Shown: positions 41,104-49,815 of the stretch, one piece after another | Layout of the letters: every line of letters starts with the position of its first letter | How positions within the stretch are numbered: position 1 is the first letter of the stretch | DNA from: Pseudomonadota bacterium | Lineage (GTDB): Bacteria > Pseudomonadota > Gammaproteobacteria > Acidiferrobacterales > Acidiferrobacteraceae | Assembly: GCA_021784845.1 (NCBI GenBank) | Contig: JAJYHH010000076.1 | Span: forward strand, 13,374-77,373 | Direction of reading: 5' to 3' | Length of the DNA: 64,000 nt | Translations under genes and position numbers: made by a program | Notes under the pieces: generated by a model | What the model was told of the DNA's origin: nothing | What the model saw: the letters and a program-made list of their open reading frames with translations, nothing else | The model's database searches: none

Positions 41104-42915
41104 GTGACGGAGAAATTGGCGGGGTGGCGCACGCTGTGGAGCCTGTTGAGCCCCGGGCAAAGGCGGCAGGCGGGTGTCGTCTTTTCGCTCATGGTTTTGG
41201 TCTCCTTCTTCGAGATGCTGAGCGTGGGCGTCGTTCTGCCGCTGGCGATGGCGCTGGTCGATCCCGGGCGCATAGAACACCTGCCGGTGTTGCGCATGCT
41301 GTGGCGGTTGCCATGGGTCCACACGACAGGCAGCGAAGGATTCGTGGTCGGCCTTGCGCTCGTTATGCTGATCATCGTCGTCTTGAAAGGATTGTTCGTC
41401 TCCTACGGCTACAGGCGGCAGTTTCGCTTTGTCTTTGACCTGCAAAAGGACCTCGCCGACCGGCTTTTGCGCGGATATCTTCATGTCCCCTATGGCTATC
41501 ACCTCATGCACAACAGCACCGATCTGCTGAAGAATCTGCGTGGGGAGGTTCCGGTATTTGCCGATGGAGTGCTGTTGCCGGCGATGCAGGTCGTCAGTGA
41601 ATCGGTGGTGGGGCTTGCGCTTCTTGGGCTGTTGCTCTTTGTCAGCGCCGGCCTGACGCTGGTAGTCGGCGGGGTGCTTGGTGTCACGTTTCTGACCATC
41701 TTCCGGCTGACGCGTGGCCGCAACGAACGTTTGGGGCAGGCCCGGCAGGTGGCCATGAGTCTCATGTTTCGTCATGCGGCCGATGCGCTGGGCGCCGTCA
41801 AGGATCTGACGGTCCTGGGCCGCCAAGGTCGCCTGATTCAGGCGCACGAGGAGGCGAGCGCGCTCTACAGCGAGGCCAGTGCAGCGCACATGTCGACGCT
41901 CCATGTACCACGCATCATGATCGAGTTTCTGGCGTTCACCGGCCTGATTGCCATTCTTCTCTACAGCGAAATGGTCTTGCGCCAGCCGCAGGCGGCCGTG
42001 CCGCTCATGGCCATGTACGCCATGGCCGCTTTCCGTCTGATACCGTCTTTGACGCGTATTCTGGCCGCCGCCATGTCGGTGCGCTACAACCGGCGCACGG
42101 TCGCGATCCTGGCGGCGGCCCTTGCCGATGTCCGGCAGCCGGAGCTTGCCGTGGATCGCCGCGAAACGCTGCCGTTTGAACGGGATGTGCGACTGGAAAA
42201 CGTGAGTTTTCGTTATCCGGGTGCATCGGTGCGGGCGCTCGATCATATCGACATGTGCATCGGCCGGGGTGAGACGGTGGGTTTTGTGGGGCCTTCGGGC
42301 GCCGGCAAGAGTACGCTCGCGGATATCGTTCTGGGTCTTCTCTGCGGGCAGGAGGGGCGCGTGCTCGTCGATGGTGTGCCGCTCGATGCCACCACGCTTG
42401 CGGCATGGCGCAGGCAGATTGGCTACGTCCCACAGTCCATCTACCTCGCCGATGACTCCATTGCCGCGAATGTGGCATTTGGCATTCCCGACGCAGATAT
42501 CGATCGGGCGGTGGTCTGGCGAGCCCTCGAGGCCGCCCAGCTTGGCGACTATGTGAGGAGCCTGCCGAAGGGCCTGGATACGGAGGTAGGCGACCGGGGT
42601 GTGCGGTTGTCTGGCGGCCAGCGTCAGCGTCTGGGTATTGCCCGGGCCCTCTACCATAACCCCGACGTGCTGATCCTCGACGAGGCCACGGCCGCGCTGG
42701 ACGGGCTGACGGAGAGGGATATCACGTGTGCCGTAGAGCAGCTAAGCGGCACAAAAACGGTCATCATCATTGCGCATCGTCTGGGTACGCTGGAAAAATG
42801 CGACCGTGTTTACCTGATCGAACGCGGTCGGCTGATCGACACCGGGACTTTGGCCGAACTGTCGGGTCGACACCGTTTTTTCGCGCAGCCGCCGGTCCAA
42901 ACGGCTGTATCCTGA
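41104..42915 (+). CDS. ABC exporter half-transporter (N-terminal 6-TM domain plus C-terminal NBD; MsbA/PglK-like)
   Basis: 603 aa. Walker A GPSGAGKST, signature LSGGQRQR, Walker B LILDEAT. The GTG start follows GGGAGGAAGAG. It is the first gene of the glycan cassette. Confidence 0.85.
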   Translation: MTEKLAGWRTLWSLLSPGQRRQAGVVFSLMVLVSFFEMLSVGVVLPLAMALVDPGRIEHLPVLRMLWRLPWVHTTGSEGFVVGLALVMLIIVVLKGLFVSYGYRRQFRFVFDLQKDLADRLLRGYLHVPYGYHLMHNSTDLLKNLRGEVPVFADGVLLPAMQVVSESVVGLALLGLLLFVSAGLTLVVGGVLGVTFLTIFRLTRGRNERLGQARQVAMSLMFRHAADALGAVKDLTVLGRQGRLIQAHEEASALYSEASAAHMSTLHVPRIMIEFLAFTGLIAILLYSEMVLRQPQAAVPLMAMYAMAAFRLIPSLTRILAAAMSVRYNRRTVAILAAALADVRQPELAVDRRETLPFERDVRLENVSFRYPGASVRALDHIDMCIGRGETVGFVGPSGAGKSTLADIVLGLLCGQEGRVLVDGVPLDATTLAAWRRQIGYVPQSIYLADDSIAANVAFGIPDADIDRAVVWRALEAAQLGDYVRSLPKGLDTEVGDRGVRLSGGQRQRLGIARALYHNPDVLILDEATAALDGLTERDITCAVEQLSGTKTVIIIAHRLGTLEKCDRVYLIERGRLIDTGTLAELSGRHRFFAQPPVQTAVS

Positions 42916-42925
42916 CCGGCGGTCT

Positions 42926-43834
42926 ATGAGCGGTGCGGCCAAGGTGGTGCTGGTTACCGGAGCGTCCGGGTTCATAGGACACGCTCTGGTCGATGCCCTG
43001 CAGCAGCAGGGCTTCGCGGTGCGCGCGATCGGCCGCACCCCTGTGGCGGGTGTTGAGTGGCGCCACGGCGACCTGAATGACCCGGATTCGTTACGGGGTT
43101 GCTGCGCAGGTGTTGAGGCAATCTGCCATCTGGCGGGCGCCGCCCATGTGCAGGCACCCCGCGCGGTTCACGAGAGACTGACGGTCATGGGGACGCGCGC
43201 CCTTCTCGGCGAGGCGCGGGATGCGGGCGTGCGGTCTTTCGTCCTCGTCAGCAGCATCAAGGCGGTGAGCGGCACGGATGATTACGCACAGACGCGCCGG
43301 GCTGCCGAGGCGCTTGTTCTGGCCGAATCCGCCCTGGTAGGCCATGTGGTGCGGCCGGCACTTGTCTATGGACCTGGCATGAAGGGCAATCTGGCACGGC
43401 TGCTTGCCTTGGCCGACCACCCGCTGCCGTTGCCGATCCCCAGGGGGGTGGCCCTGCGCAGTCTGGTGCACCGCGATGATGTGGCGGCCGTGATCGTGGC
43501 ACTGCTTGCACGAACGGAACGCTGTGCGCCGTGGGTGGTGTCCGACGGGCAGGCCTATACGCTTTGGGATATCTATGCGCAGATGCGCAAGGCCTGTGGC
43601 CGGCGGGTGGTGCCGGTCCACCTGCCGAAGGGTTCGCTTCCGGCGCTGGCGCACATGGGCGACTGGCTGGGTCGCCGATGCCACCGTCGACTGCCTTTTG
43701 ATACGCAGGCCCTGCAACCGCTTCTCGAGCCCTGTCATGTCGAGGATGCGCGTGTATGGGACACCCTGCATCTCACCCCGCGCTATACCCTGGCGCAAGC
43801 GCTTGCGGGCGTGATCGGTGATCGGCATGGCTGA
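42926..43834 (+). CDS. NAD-dependent epimerase/dehydratase (SDR; WbpK/4-reductase-like)
   Basis: 302 aa. VLVTGASGFIGHAL Rossmann motif and an extended-SDR layout. Confidence 0.75.
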   Translation: MSGAAKVVLVTGASGFIGHALVDALQQQGFAVRAIGRTPVAGVEWRHGDLNDPDSLRGCCAGVEAICHLAGAAHVQAPRAVHERLTVMGTRALLGEARDAGVRSFVLVSSIKAVSGTDDYAQTRRAAEALVLAESALVGHVVRPALVYGPGMKGNLARLLALADHPLPLPIPRGVALRSLVHRDDVAAVIVALLARTERCAPWVVSDGQAYTLWDIYAQMRKACGRRVVPVHLPKGSLPALAHMGDWLGRRCHRRLPFDTQALQPLLEPCHVEDARVWDTLHLTPRYTLAQALAGVIGDRHG

Positions 43835-43882
43835 TGGACTTCGCCTGCCATACGGCCCCGGGTTTTCTCAAAGCACCCGCTC

Positions 43883-44902
43883 ATGCTGACCGGTTTGCTG
43901 GATACCGTTCGTTTCCTGCTCATCGCGTCTGCCGTCTATGGGCTGACGCGCATTCTGGCCCATCCCCGTAATCCCTGGCGCATTCTGGATGTGCCAAACG
44001 AGCGGTCACTGCATGCCACGCCGGTGCCCCGCACCGGGGGGCTCGCTATCCTTGCCGGCCTGTCGCTGGCCCTTGCGCTCTTTGTCCCGCGCGTGAGCGT
44101 GCATGACGCGGTGATCGGTCTTGCCGTTGGCGCCGTGGCGGTCATTTCCTGGCGAGATGACCGCGTGTCGCTGTCGCCTGCCATCCGCCTCATGGCGCAG
44201 ATCATGGCGGCGATGGCCGCCGTGATCTGGGGTGGGGCGCATTGGGCAGGCCCGGTGTTGCCGGGCGTGGCCCTGACACTGCCACCCGCGGTGCGTGATG
44301 CGCTAAGCGTGTTCTATCTCGTGTGGTGCATGAATCTCTACAATTTCATGGACGGCATGGACGGACTGGCCGGCGGCATGGCCGTCATCGGCTTTGGCGC
44401 CCTGGCACTGCTCGCCGCCCGTGCCGGCGCGGCCGCCTTTGCCATGACCGGCGGGGCCATCAGCATGGCGGCCCTGGGCTTTACGGTCAGCAATTACCCC
44501 CCTGCCCGCCTGTTCATGGGGGATGCCGGTTCGGTGCCGCTCGGTTTTCTCGTCGGCGTCATGACGCTCACGGCGACGTCTGACATTGCCCCGCTATGGG
44601 CCGGCATCCTGATATTTGCACCGTTTTTCGCAGACGCGTCGGTGACGCTTGTCCGCCGGCTTGTGCGCGGCGAGAATCCGGCGCGCGCGCACCGTCAGCA
44701 CTATTATCAGCGGCTCGTTCTCGGTGGGCTCAGTCCAAAGCGCGTCATTTGGTATGAATACGCGCTCATGGGATCGTGCGCGGCCAGTGCATGGTGGGCT
44801 GTGGACGGGCCACCCCGGGTGCAATGGGCTATAATCGCGGCGTGGACAGGCATCTACGCCGCTTTGGCAACACTGATCGACCGACGGCAGGGACGGGGTT
44901 GA
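43883..44902 (+). CDS. Glycosyltransferase family 4 polyprenyl-phosphate HexNAc-1-phosphate transferase (WbpL/WecA-like)
   Basis: 339 aa, about 10-11 TM spans. NERSLHATPVPRTGG, NLYNFMDGMDGLAGG and FMGDAGS motifs of the MraY/WecA superfamily. Confidence 0.85.
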   Translation: MLTGLLDTVRFLLIASAVYGLTRILAHPRNPWRILDVPNERSLHATPVPRTGGLAILAGLSLALALFVPRVSVHDAVIGLAVGAVAVISWRDDRVSLSPAIRLMAQIMAAMAAVIWGGAHWAGPVLPGVALTLPPAVRDALSVFYLVWCMNLYNFMDGMDGLAGGMAVIGFGALALLAARAGAAAFAMTGGAISMAALGFTVSNYPPARLFMGDAGSVPLGFLVGVMTLTATSDIAPLWAGILIFAPFFADASVTLVRRLVRGENPARAHRQHYYQRLVLGGLSPKRVIWYEYALMGSCAASAWWAVDGPPRVQWAIIAAWTGIYAALATLIDRRQGRG

Positions 44903-44906
44903 AAGA

Positions 44907-46775
44907 ATGCGAGGGATGACAAAGGGCATACGGCATCGCTGGGCGGTCGTTGCGCACGACCTGGTGATGATTCCGCTCGCCTGGTTCGGCGCGTACTGGT
45001 TGCGCTTCAATCTGGCTTCCATTCCGCCGCTTTTCATAAATCAGGCTGTCTTCGATCTGCCGCTCGTGTGGGTGGTCCAGGGCCTCGTCTTCTGGAACAT
45101 GGGTCTGTACCGAGGCATATGGCGTTTCGCATCGGTACCGGATCTGCGCCGAATCGGCACGGCGGTCGTTGCCGGCACCGCGGGGAGTGCGCTTGCCATA
45201 TTTCTGGCTGTGCGGCTTGCTCATGTGCCGCGCTCGGTTTTCGTGCTCGACGGATTGCTGTTGATCGTTTTTCTGGGTGCGCCGCGCTTCCTGTACCGTT
45301 CATTCAAGGACCGTACGCTGTACCGTGACGGCGACAAAAGGGCGTTGATCGTCGGCGCCGGCCGTGCCGGGGAAATGCTCGCGCGGGACCTTCTGCGGGA
45401 TACGAATATCGGTTACAGACCGGTGGCCTTCGTCGATGGCGACCGCCGGCGCGGCGAGGAGATTCACGGACTGCCGGTCGCCGGTTCCTGGGATGACATT
45501 CCCGCGGTGGCCGATCGCTTCCAGATCGACATCCTTTTCATTGCCGTAACGGAAAGCAAGGGCAGCGTCATGCGCCGTTTGATCGAGCTCTGTGAACGCA
45601 GCGGCCGGCCCTTCCGTATCCTGCCCGATCTGCGCAATGTGGTCGATGGTCAGGTCAGCATCCGTGAGCTGCGCGAGGTGAAGATCGAAGACCTGCTCGG
45701 CCGCGAGCCGGTGATGCTCGAGTGGCAGCAAATCGACCAGAGCGTACGCGGCCGGGTGGTGGTAGTGACCGGCGCGGGCGGTTCGATCGGCTCTGAGCTG
45801 TGCCGGCAGATTGCGCGTCTGGCACCGCGCACGCTTTTGCTGTTTGAACGGGGTGAGTACAATCTGTACGCCATCGAGCTTGAGCTGCGCCAGCGCCACC
45901 CGGATCTGCCTATCGTCCCGGCCCTCGGAGACGTGGGCGACCCGCACGTCGTGGATCGCCTGTTTGCCGCGCATCATCCCGACATTGTGTTTCATGCGGC
46001 GGCATACAAGCATGTGCCGCTTCTTGAAGGCCAGTGCCGCGCCGCGGTGCGCAACAACGTGCTTGGCACCACCGTGCTGGTCGACGCGGCCGACCGCTAC
46101 GGCTGCGGCACCTTCCTGCTGATATCGACCGACAAGGCAGTGAATCCATCGAATATCATGGGGGCGACCAAGCGCGCGGCCGAGATCATTTGCCAGGAGC
46201 GGCAGATGCGGTCGAAGACCCGCTTTTTGACCGTGCGGTTTGGCAACGTGCTGGGATCGGCGGGTAGCGTGATTCCGCTGTTCCAGCAGCAGATCGCCGC
46301 CGGCGGTCCGGTGACCGTGACCCACCCGGATATCACGCGGTATTTCATGACCATTCCGGAGGCCTGCACTCTCATCCTTCAGGCGAGCGTGATTGGTGAC
46401 GGAGGCGAGATCTTCGTTCTCGACATGGGCGAGCCGATCCGGATCCGCTATCTCGCCGAGCAGCTGATCCTGCTGTCGGGAAAGCGGCCCGACGAGGACA
46501 TCGATATCGTCTATACGGGGCTTCGACCGGGCGAGAAGCTGTACGAAGAGCTTTTTTACGCAGACGAGCATCTGTTGCCGACACGCCATCCGAAGATCCG
46601 TCTGGCGCACGCGGGCCTGGTCGATGCGGCATCTCTTCAGGCCCGGCTGTCGATTCTCGGCGCGCGGTGCGGGGAGGGGTCGGACGAGGCGATACGTCAG
46701 GACCTTCTGGCTCTGATAGGCCAACCCGCGGCCGCCGCGGCGGAGGTTGTTCCGCTGGTGTCCGGGAAGTGTTGA
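44907..46775 (+). CDS. Membrane-anchored nucleotide-sugar 4,6-dehydratase (WbpM/CapD/PglF-like)
   Basis: 622 aa with N-terminal TM helices, then VVVTGAGGSIGSELCRQ, YKHVPLLE and STDKAVNPSNIMGATKR motifs. Confidence 0.88.
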   Translation: MRGMTKGIRHRWAVVAHDLVMIPLAWFGAYWLRFNLASIPPLFINQAVFDLPLVWVVQGLVFWNMGLYRGIWRFASVPDLRRIGTAVVAGTAGSALAIFLAVRLAHVPRSVFVLDGLLLIVFLGAPRFLYRSFKDRTLYRDGDKRALIVGAGRAGEMLARDLLRDTNIGYRPVAFVDGDRRRGEEIHGLPVAGSWDDIPAVADRFQIDILFIAVTESKGSVMRRLIELCERSGRPFRILPDLRNVVDGQVSIRELREVKIEDLLGREPVMLEWQQIDQSVRGRVVVVTGAGGSIGSELCRQIARLAPRTLLLFERGEYNLYAIELELRQRHPDLPIVPALGDVGDPHVVDRLFAAHHPDIVFHAAAYKHVPLLEGQCRAAVRNNVLGTTVLVDAADRYGCGTFLLISTDKAVNPSNIMGATKRAAEIICQERQMRSKTRFLTVRFGNVLGSAGSVIPLFQQQIAAGGPVTVTHPDITRYFMTIPEACTLILQASVIGDGGEIFVLDMGEPIRIRYLAEQLILLSGKRPDEDIDIVYTGLRPGEKLYEELFYADEHLLPTRHPKIRLAHAGLVDAASLQARLSILGARCGEGSDEAIRQDLLALIGQPAAAAAEVVPLVSGKC

Positions 46776-46909
46776 CGCATGAGGGCGTCAGGGTGTGGTG
46801 AGTCCCCCGCAGGACTCTTGTTCCTGGCGGGGGCTCTGGTGAAGATGCCGCATCACGGCCGAGCGTGGTGCGGGTGCGGGCGATTCATGGCATTGAAGCA
46901 GGGGGCGCG

Positions 46910-47779
46910 ATGGGGGCTGTGAAGAAAGCGGTGTTTCCGGTGGCGGGTCTTGGGACGCGCTTCCTTCCGGCAACAAAGGCAAGTCCCAAGGAGATGCTGC
47001 CGATTGTCGACAAGCCGCTCATACAGTATGCGGCCGAAGAGGCGGTGGAAGCCGGCATCCGGGAGCTTATCTTCGTTACCGGCCGCAGCAAGCGCGCCAT
47101 TGAGGACCATTTCGACAAGGCCTACGAACTCGAGGCGGAACTCGAGGTGCGCGGCAAGAAGCACATTCTCGGCCAGTTGCGCGGTATCCTGCCGAAGGAT
47201 GTCAGCTGCGTCTATATCCGCCAGGCGGAGGCCCTCGGCCTCGGCCACGCGGTGCTGTGTGCCCGTCAGGTGGTGGGCAACGAACCGTTTGCAGTCATCC
47301 TCGCCGACGATCTCATTGATGCGGCACCGTCTGTTCTCTCACAAATGGTGGGGCTTTACGAGCACTATCATAATGCGGTGATTGGCGTGCAGCCCATCAA
47401 TCCGGAGGATACGGGCTCCTACGGGATCGTGCGGACCCGCAAATTCGACGATGGCCTCCATCGCCTGGAGGGGATCGTCGAAAAGCCCAAACCTGCCGAA
47501 GCCCCTTCCCATCTGGGTGTTGTCGGGCGTTATATCCTGACGCCGCGCATATTCAGCTTGCTGGAAGGCATCGGCGCGGGGTCTGGCGGCGAAATTCAGT
47601 TGACCGACGGCATTGCCCGGTTACTCGAGTGTGAACAGGTGCTCGCCTATGAATTCGCGGGCAAGCGCTACGATTGTGGCAGCAAGCTTGGCTACCTCGA
47701 GGCGACCGTCGAATACGCACTCAAGCATCCGAGCCTAAAGCAGAAGTTTCGTGAATATCTGAAAGGCCTGAATCTGTGA
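46910..47779 (+). CDS. galU: UTP-glucose-1-phosphate uridylyltransferase
   Basis: [35 protein letters not shown]. The start is the internal ATG at 46910. Confidence 0.94.
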   Translation: MGAVKKAVFPVAGLGTRFLPATKASPKEMLPIVDKPLIQYAAEEAVEAGIRELIFVTGRSKRAIEDHFDKAYELEAELEVRGKKHILGQLRGILPKDVSCVYIRQAEALGLGHAVLCARQVVGNEPFAVILADDLIDAAPSVLSQMVGLYEHYHNAVIGVQPINPEDTGSYGIVRTRKFDDGLHRLEGIVEKPKPAEAPSHLGVVGRYILTPRIFSLLEGIGAGSGGEIQLTDGIARLLECEQVLAYEFAGKRYDCGSKLGYLEATVEYALKHPSLKQKFREYLKGLNL

Positions 47780-47871
47780 TCGCAAGGTCGCGCTCTGCTA
47801 TAGGCTTTGCGCGAATGAATCGGCTATAATCGCCATCCTTCTTTTCACTAAACGCATTCGCGGAGCATTGT

Positions 47872-48240
47872 ATGGCTGATAAGCTACTGATGATGTTGGT
47901 GAACACCGACCCCAAGAACGGATCCGAACTGGGTGCACCGTTTTTCCAGGCGACAGTCGCTGCGGCCATGGAATATGAGGTCACGGTGGTTTTGACCGCG
48001 CGTGCGGGCGAGCTTGCCATCAAAGGGGTTGCGGAAAAGCTGTATGTGCAGGAAGGCAGCCCGAAGTCGGTTTACGATTTCATCAAGGATGCCCATGAAG
48101 CCGGAGTGCATTTCAAGGTGTGCACGCCGACTCTGGAACTCTGGGGCAAGGACCTGATTCCGGAAATCGAGGAGACGGTTGGCGGCGCGTATGTCATTAC
48201 GCAGGCGATGGACGACGACACGGTCACCTTTACCTACTAG
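47872..48240 (+). CDS. DsrE/DsrF-like (peroxiredoxin-fold sulfur-relay-like) small protein
   Basis: 122 aa. LLMMLVNTDPKN...FFQATVAAAMEYEVTVVLTARAG...VHFKVCTPT. Single conserved Cys. Stand-alone gene with TATAAT at 47825-47830 and GGAG 6 nt before the ATG. Confidence 0.55.
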   Translation: MADKLLMMLVNTDPKNGSELGAPFFQATVAAAMEYEVTVVLTARAGELAIKGVAEKLYVQEGSPKSVYDFIKDAHEAGVHFKVCTPTLELWGKDLIPEIEETVGGAYVITQAMDDDTVTFTY

Positions 48241-48250
48241 TCCCGGTCGG

Positions 48251-48808
48251 ATGGAATCCAATCGAGCCATGATGGCCCGACAGGCGTGGGCCGCGCTGGA
48301 AACGGCCCATTGTCTGTATACGGGGGAACAGGTTGCGGCGGCCCTCGACGTTTTGGCTGCGCGTCTCGAGGCGGCCGTGGGCCAACTCAATCCGTTGATC
48401 ATGGTCGTCCTGAACGGTGCGGTCGTATTCGCAGGCCAGCTGTTGCCGCGGCTTGCCTTCCCGCTGGAAGTCGACTACGTGCATGCGACCCGCTATGCGG
48501 GTGCCCTGACAGGCGGAGCCTTGTCCTGGGTTGCCGGTCCGAGTCAGCCCGTGGAAGGGCGGACCGTGGTGCTGCTCGATGACATTCTGGACGAAGGACA
48601 TACGCTTGCGGCCGCAGCCAGCAAGCTGCGGGAGAGTGGCGCCGCGCGGGTTCTGAAGGCCGTTCTGGTAACAAAGGACCGGCCCCGGGGGCCGGGCCTC
48701 GAAGCGGATTTCTCCGCACTTGATGTTCCTGATCGCTATATTTTCGGCTGGGGCATGGATTACGAAGGGTTTCTGCGCAACGCCAAGGGAATCTACGTTC
48801 TGCCATGA
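48251..48808 (+). CDS. hpt: Hypoxanthine(-guanine) phosphoribosyltransferase
   Basis: VVLLDDILDEGHTLAAA PRPP-binding motif. The start at 48251 is approximate; there are several in-frame ATGs. Confidence 0.8.
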   Translation: MESNRAMMARQAWAALETAHCLYTGEQVAAALDVLAARLEAAVGQLNPLIMVVLNGAVVFAGQLLPRLAFPLEVDYVHATRYAGALTGGALSWVAGPSQPVEGRTVVLLDDILDEGHTLAAAASKLRESGAARVLKAVLVTKDRPRGPGLEADFSALDVPDRYIFGWGMDYEGFLRNAKGIYVLP

Positions 48809-49560
48809 AGCTGGCAATCATCGGTGGCAGTGGTCTTACCCATCTGCGCAATCTGACGGTCCGCGAGCGACGCGTCCTGCGCACGCCCTATGGGGAGCCC
48901 TCGGCCCCGATGGTGCATGGCATGGTTGGAAAGGGAGATGTCGTTTTCCTGCCGCGTCACGGCCAGGGGCACACAATTCCGCCGCATCGGGTCAACTACC
49001 AGGCGAATCTGTGGGCCCTGAAGGAATCGGGTGCCACGCACGTGATCGCAGTCAATGCGGTGGGCGCGATCAACGCAGCGCTCACGTCCGGTTCGCTGGT
49101 CCTGCCGGATCAGATCATTGATTACACATACGGTCGCGAGCACACGTTTTTTGGCAACAACCCTGAAGGGGTGACCCACATCGACTTCACGCATCCCTAC
49201 TGTGAGTCGTTGCGCCAGGTATTGCGCCAGGGCGCCGTGGACGCGGGGATCGATCTGGCGACCAGCGCGACCTATGCTGCCACTCAGGGGCCGCGTTTCG
49301 AGACAATAGCCGAGATTCGCCGGTGCGAGCGCGATGGCGCCGATATCGTCGGTATGACCGGCATGCCCGAAGCCGGGCTGGCGCGCGAGCTCGGCCTTTG
49401 CTATGCCTCCATTGCCGTGGTGGCCAATCCCGCCGCCGGCAAGGCAGCCGGTGAAATTGATCTGCGCGCCATCGAGCGTTTCCTGGAAAGCGGCATGACC
49501 CAGGTCCGCATACTGCTGGAACACAGCATCCCGCTTCTGTATGGACGCCCTGCTTCCTGA
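48805..49560 (+). CDS. S-methyl-5'-thioinosine / 5'-methylthioadenosine phosphorylase (MTAP family)
   Basis: 251 aa. IIGGSGL, FLPRHGQGHTIPPHRVNYQANLWALK, TQGPRFET and IVGMTGMPEAGLAREL. The ATG overlaps the hpt stop (ATGA). Confidence 0.85.
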   Translation: MKLAIIGGSGLTHLRNLTVRERRVLRTPYGEPSAPMVHGMVGKGDVVFLPRHGQGHTIPPHRVNYQANLWALKESGATHVIAVNAVGAINAALTSGSLVLPDQIIDYTYGREHTFFGNNPEGVTHIDFTHPYCESLRQVLRQGAVDAGIDLATSATYAATQGPRFETIAEIRRCERDGADIVGMTGMPEAGLARELGLCYASIAVVANPAAGKAAGEIDLRAIERFLESGMTQVRILLEHSIPLLYGRPAS

Positions 49561-49815
49561 AGGGAGGCCTCCTGTCGGGCGACCTTGCGCGACGGGTACT
49601 GGACCCTTGAGCCACCACGTGGGGACACCGGAACCATCCGGTGCGACTCCCGATTCGTCTGCGCAATCACGGCGTCTCCGATAAAAGGACCGGAATATCT
49701 GCGGGGCCTGGCTCCTCTTGGCGTGCAGTGCGCACCCTTTGCGGGACACGCAACCGGCCGGTCATGCCTTGCTGTCGCTGTATCCTTCCGGGCGCGATAG
49801 AGGTGCGGACTGACT

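Noticed and set aside
40886-41107. 73-aa ORF and a 34-aa ORF in the hldD / ABC exporter spacer
   Set aside because: The first overlaps the hldD 3' end and neither has a usable SD. The composition is typical of non-coding GC-rich DNA.
40987-42657. 556-aa ORF antisense to the ABC half-transporter gene
   Set aside because: The forward-strand gene has intact Walker A, signature and Walker B motifs plus TM helices. The antisense product has none.
46804-46833. GC-rich imperfect hairpin (CCCCCGCAGG-N9-CCTGGCGGGGG) after the WbpM-like gene, and a similar GC hairpin at about 21735-21765
   Set aside because: Neither has a T-tract, and such GC palindromes are frequent in this sequence. They are not sufficient to call intrinsic terminators.
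49561-49815. 255-nt convergent spacer between the MTAP-family and SWIM genes, inspected for an sRNA, small ORF, REP element or bidirectional terminator
   Set aside because: Only short palindromes were found (GGAGGCCTCC, GTGCGCAC). There is no T-tract terminator, no promoter-like hexamers and no repeat shared with other spacers in the window.
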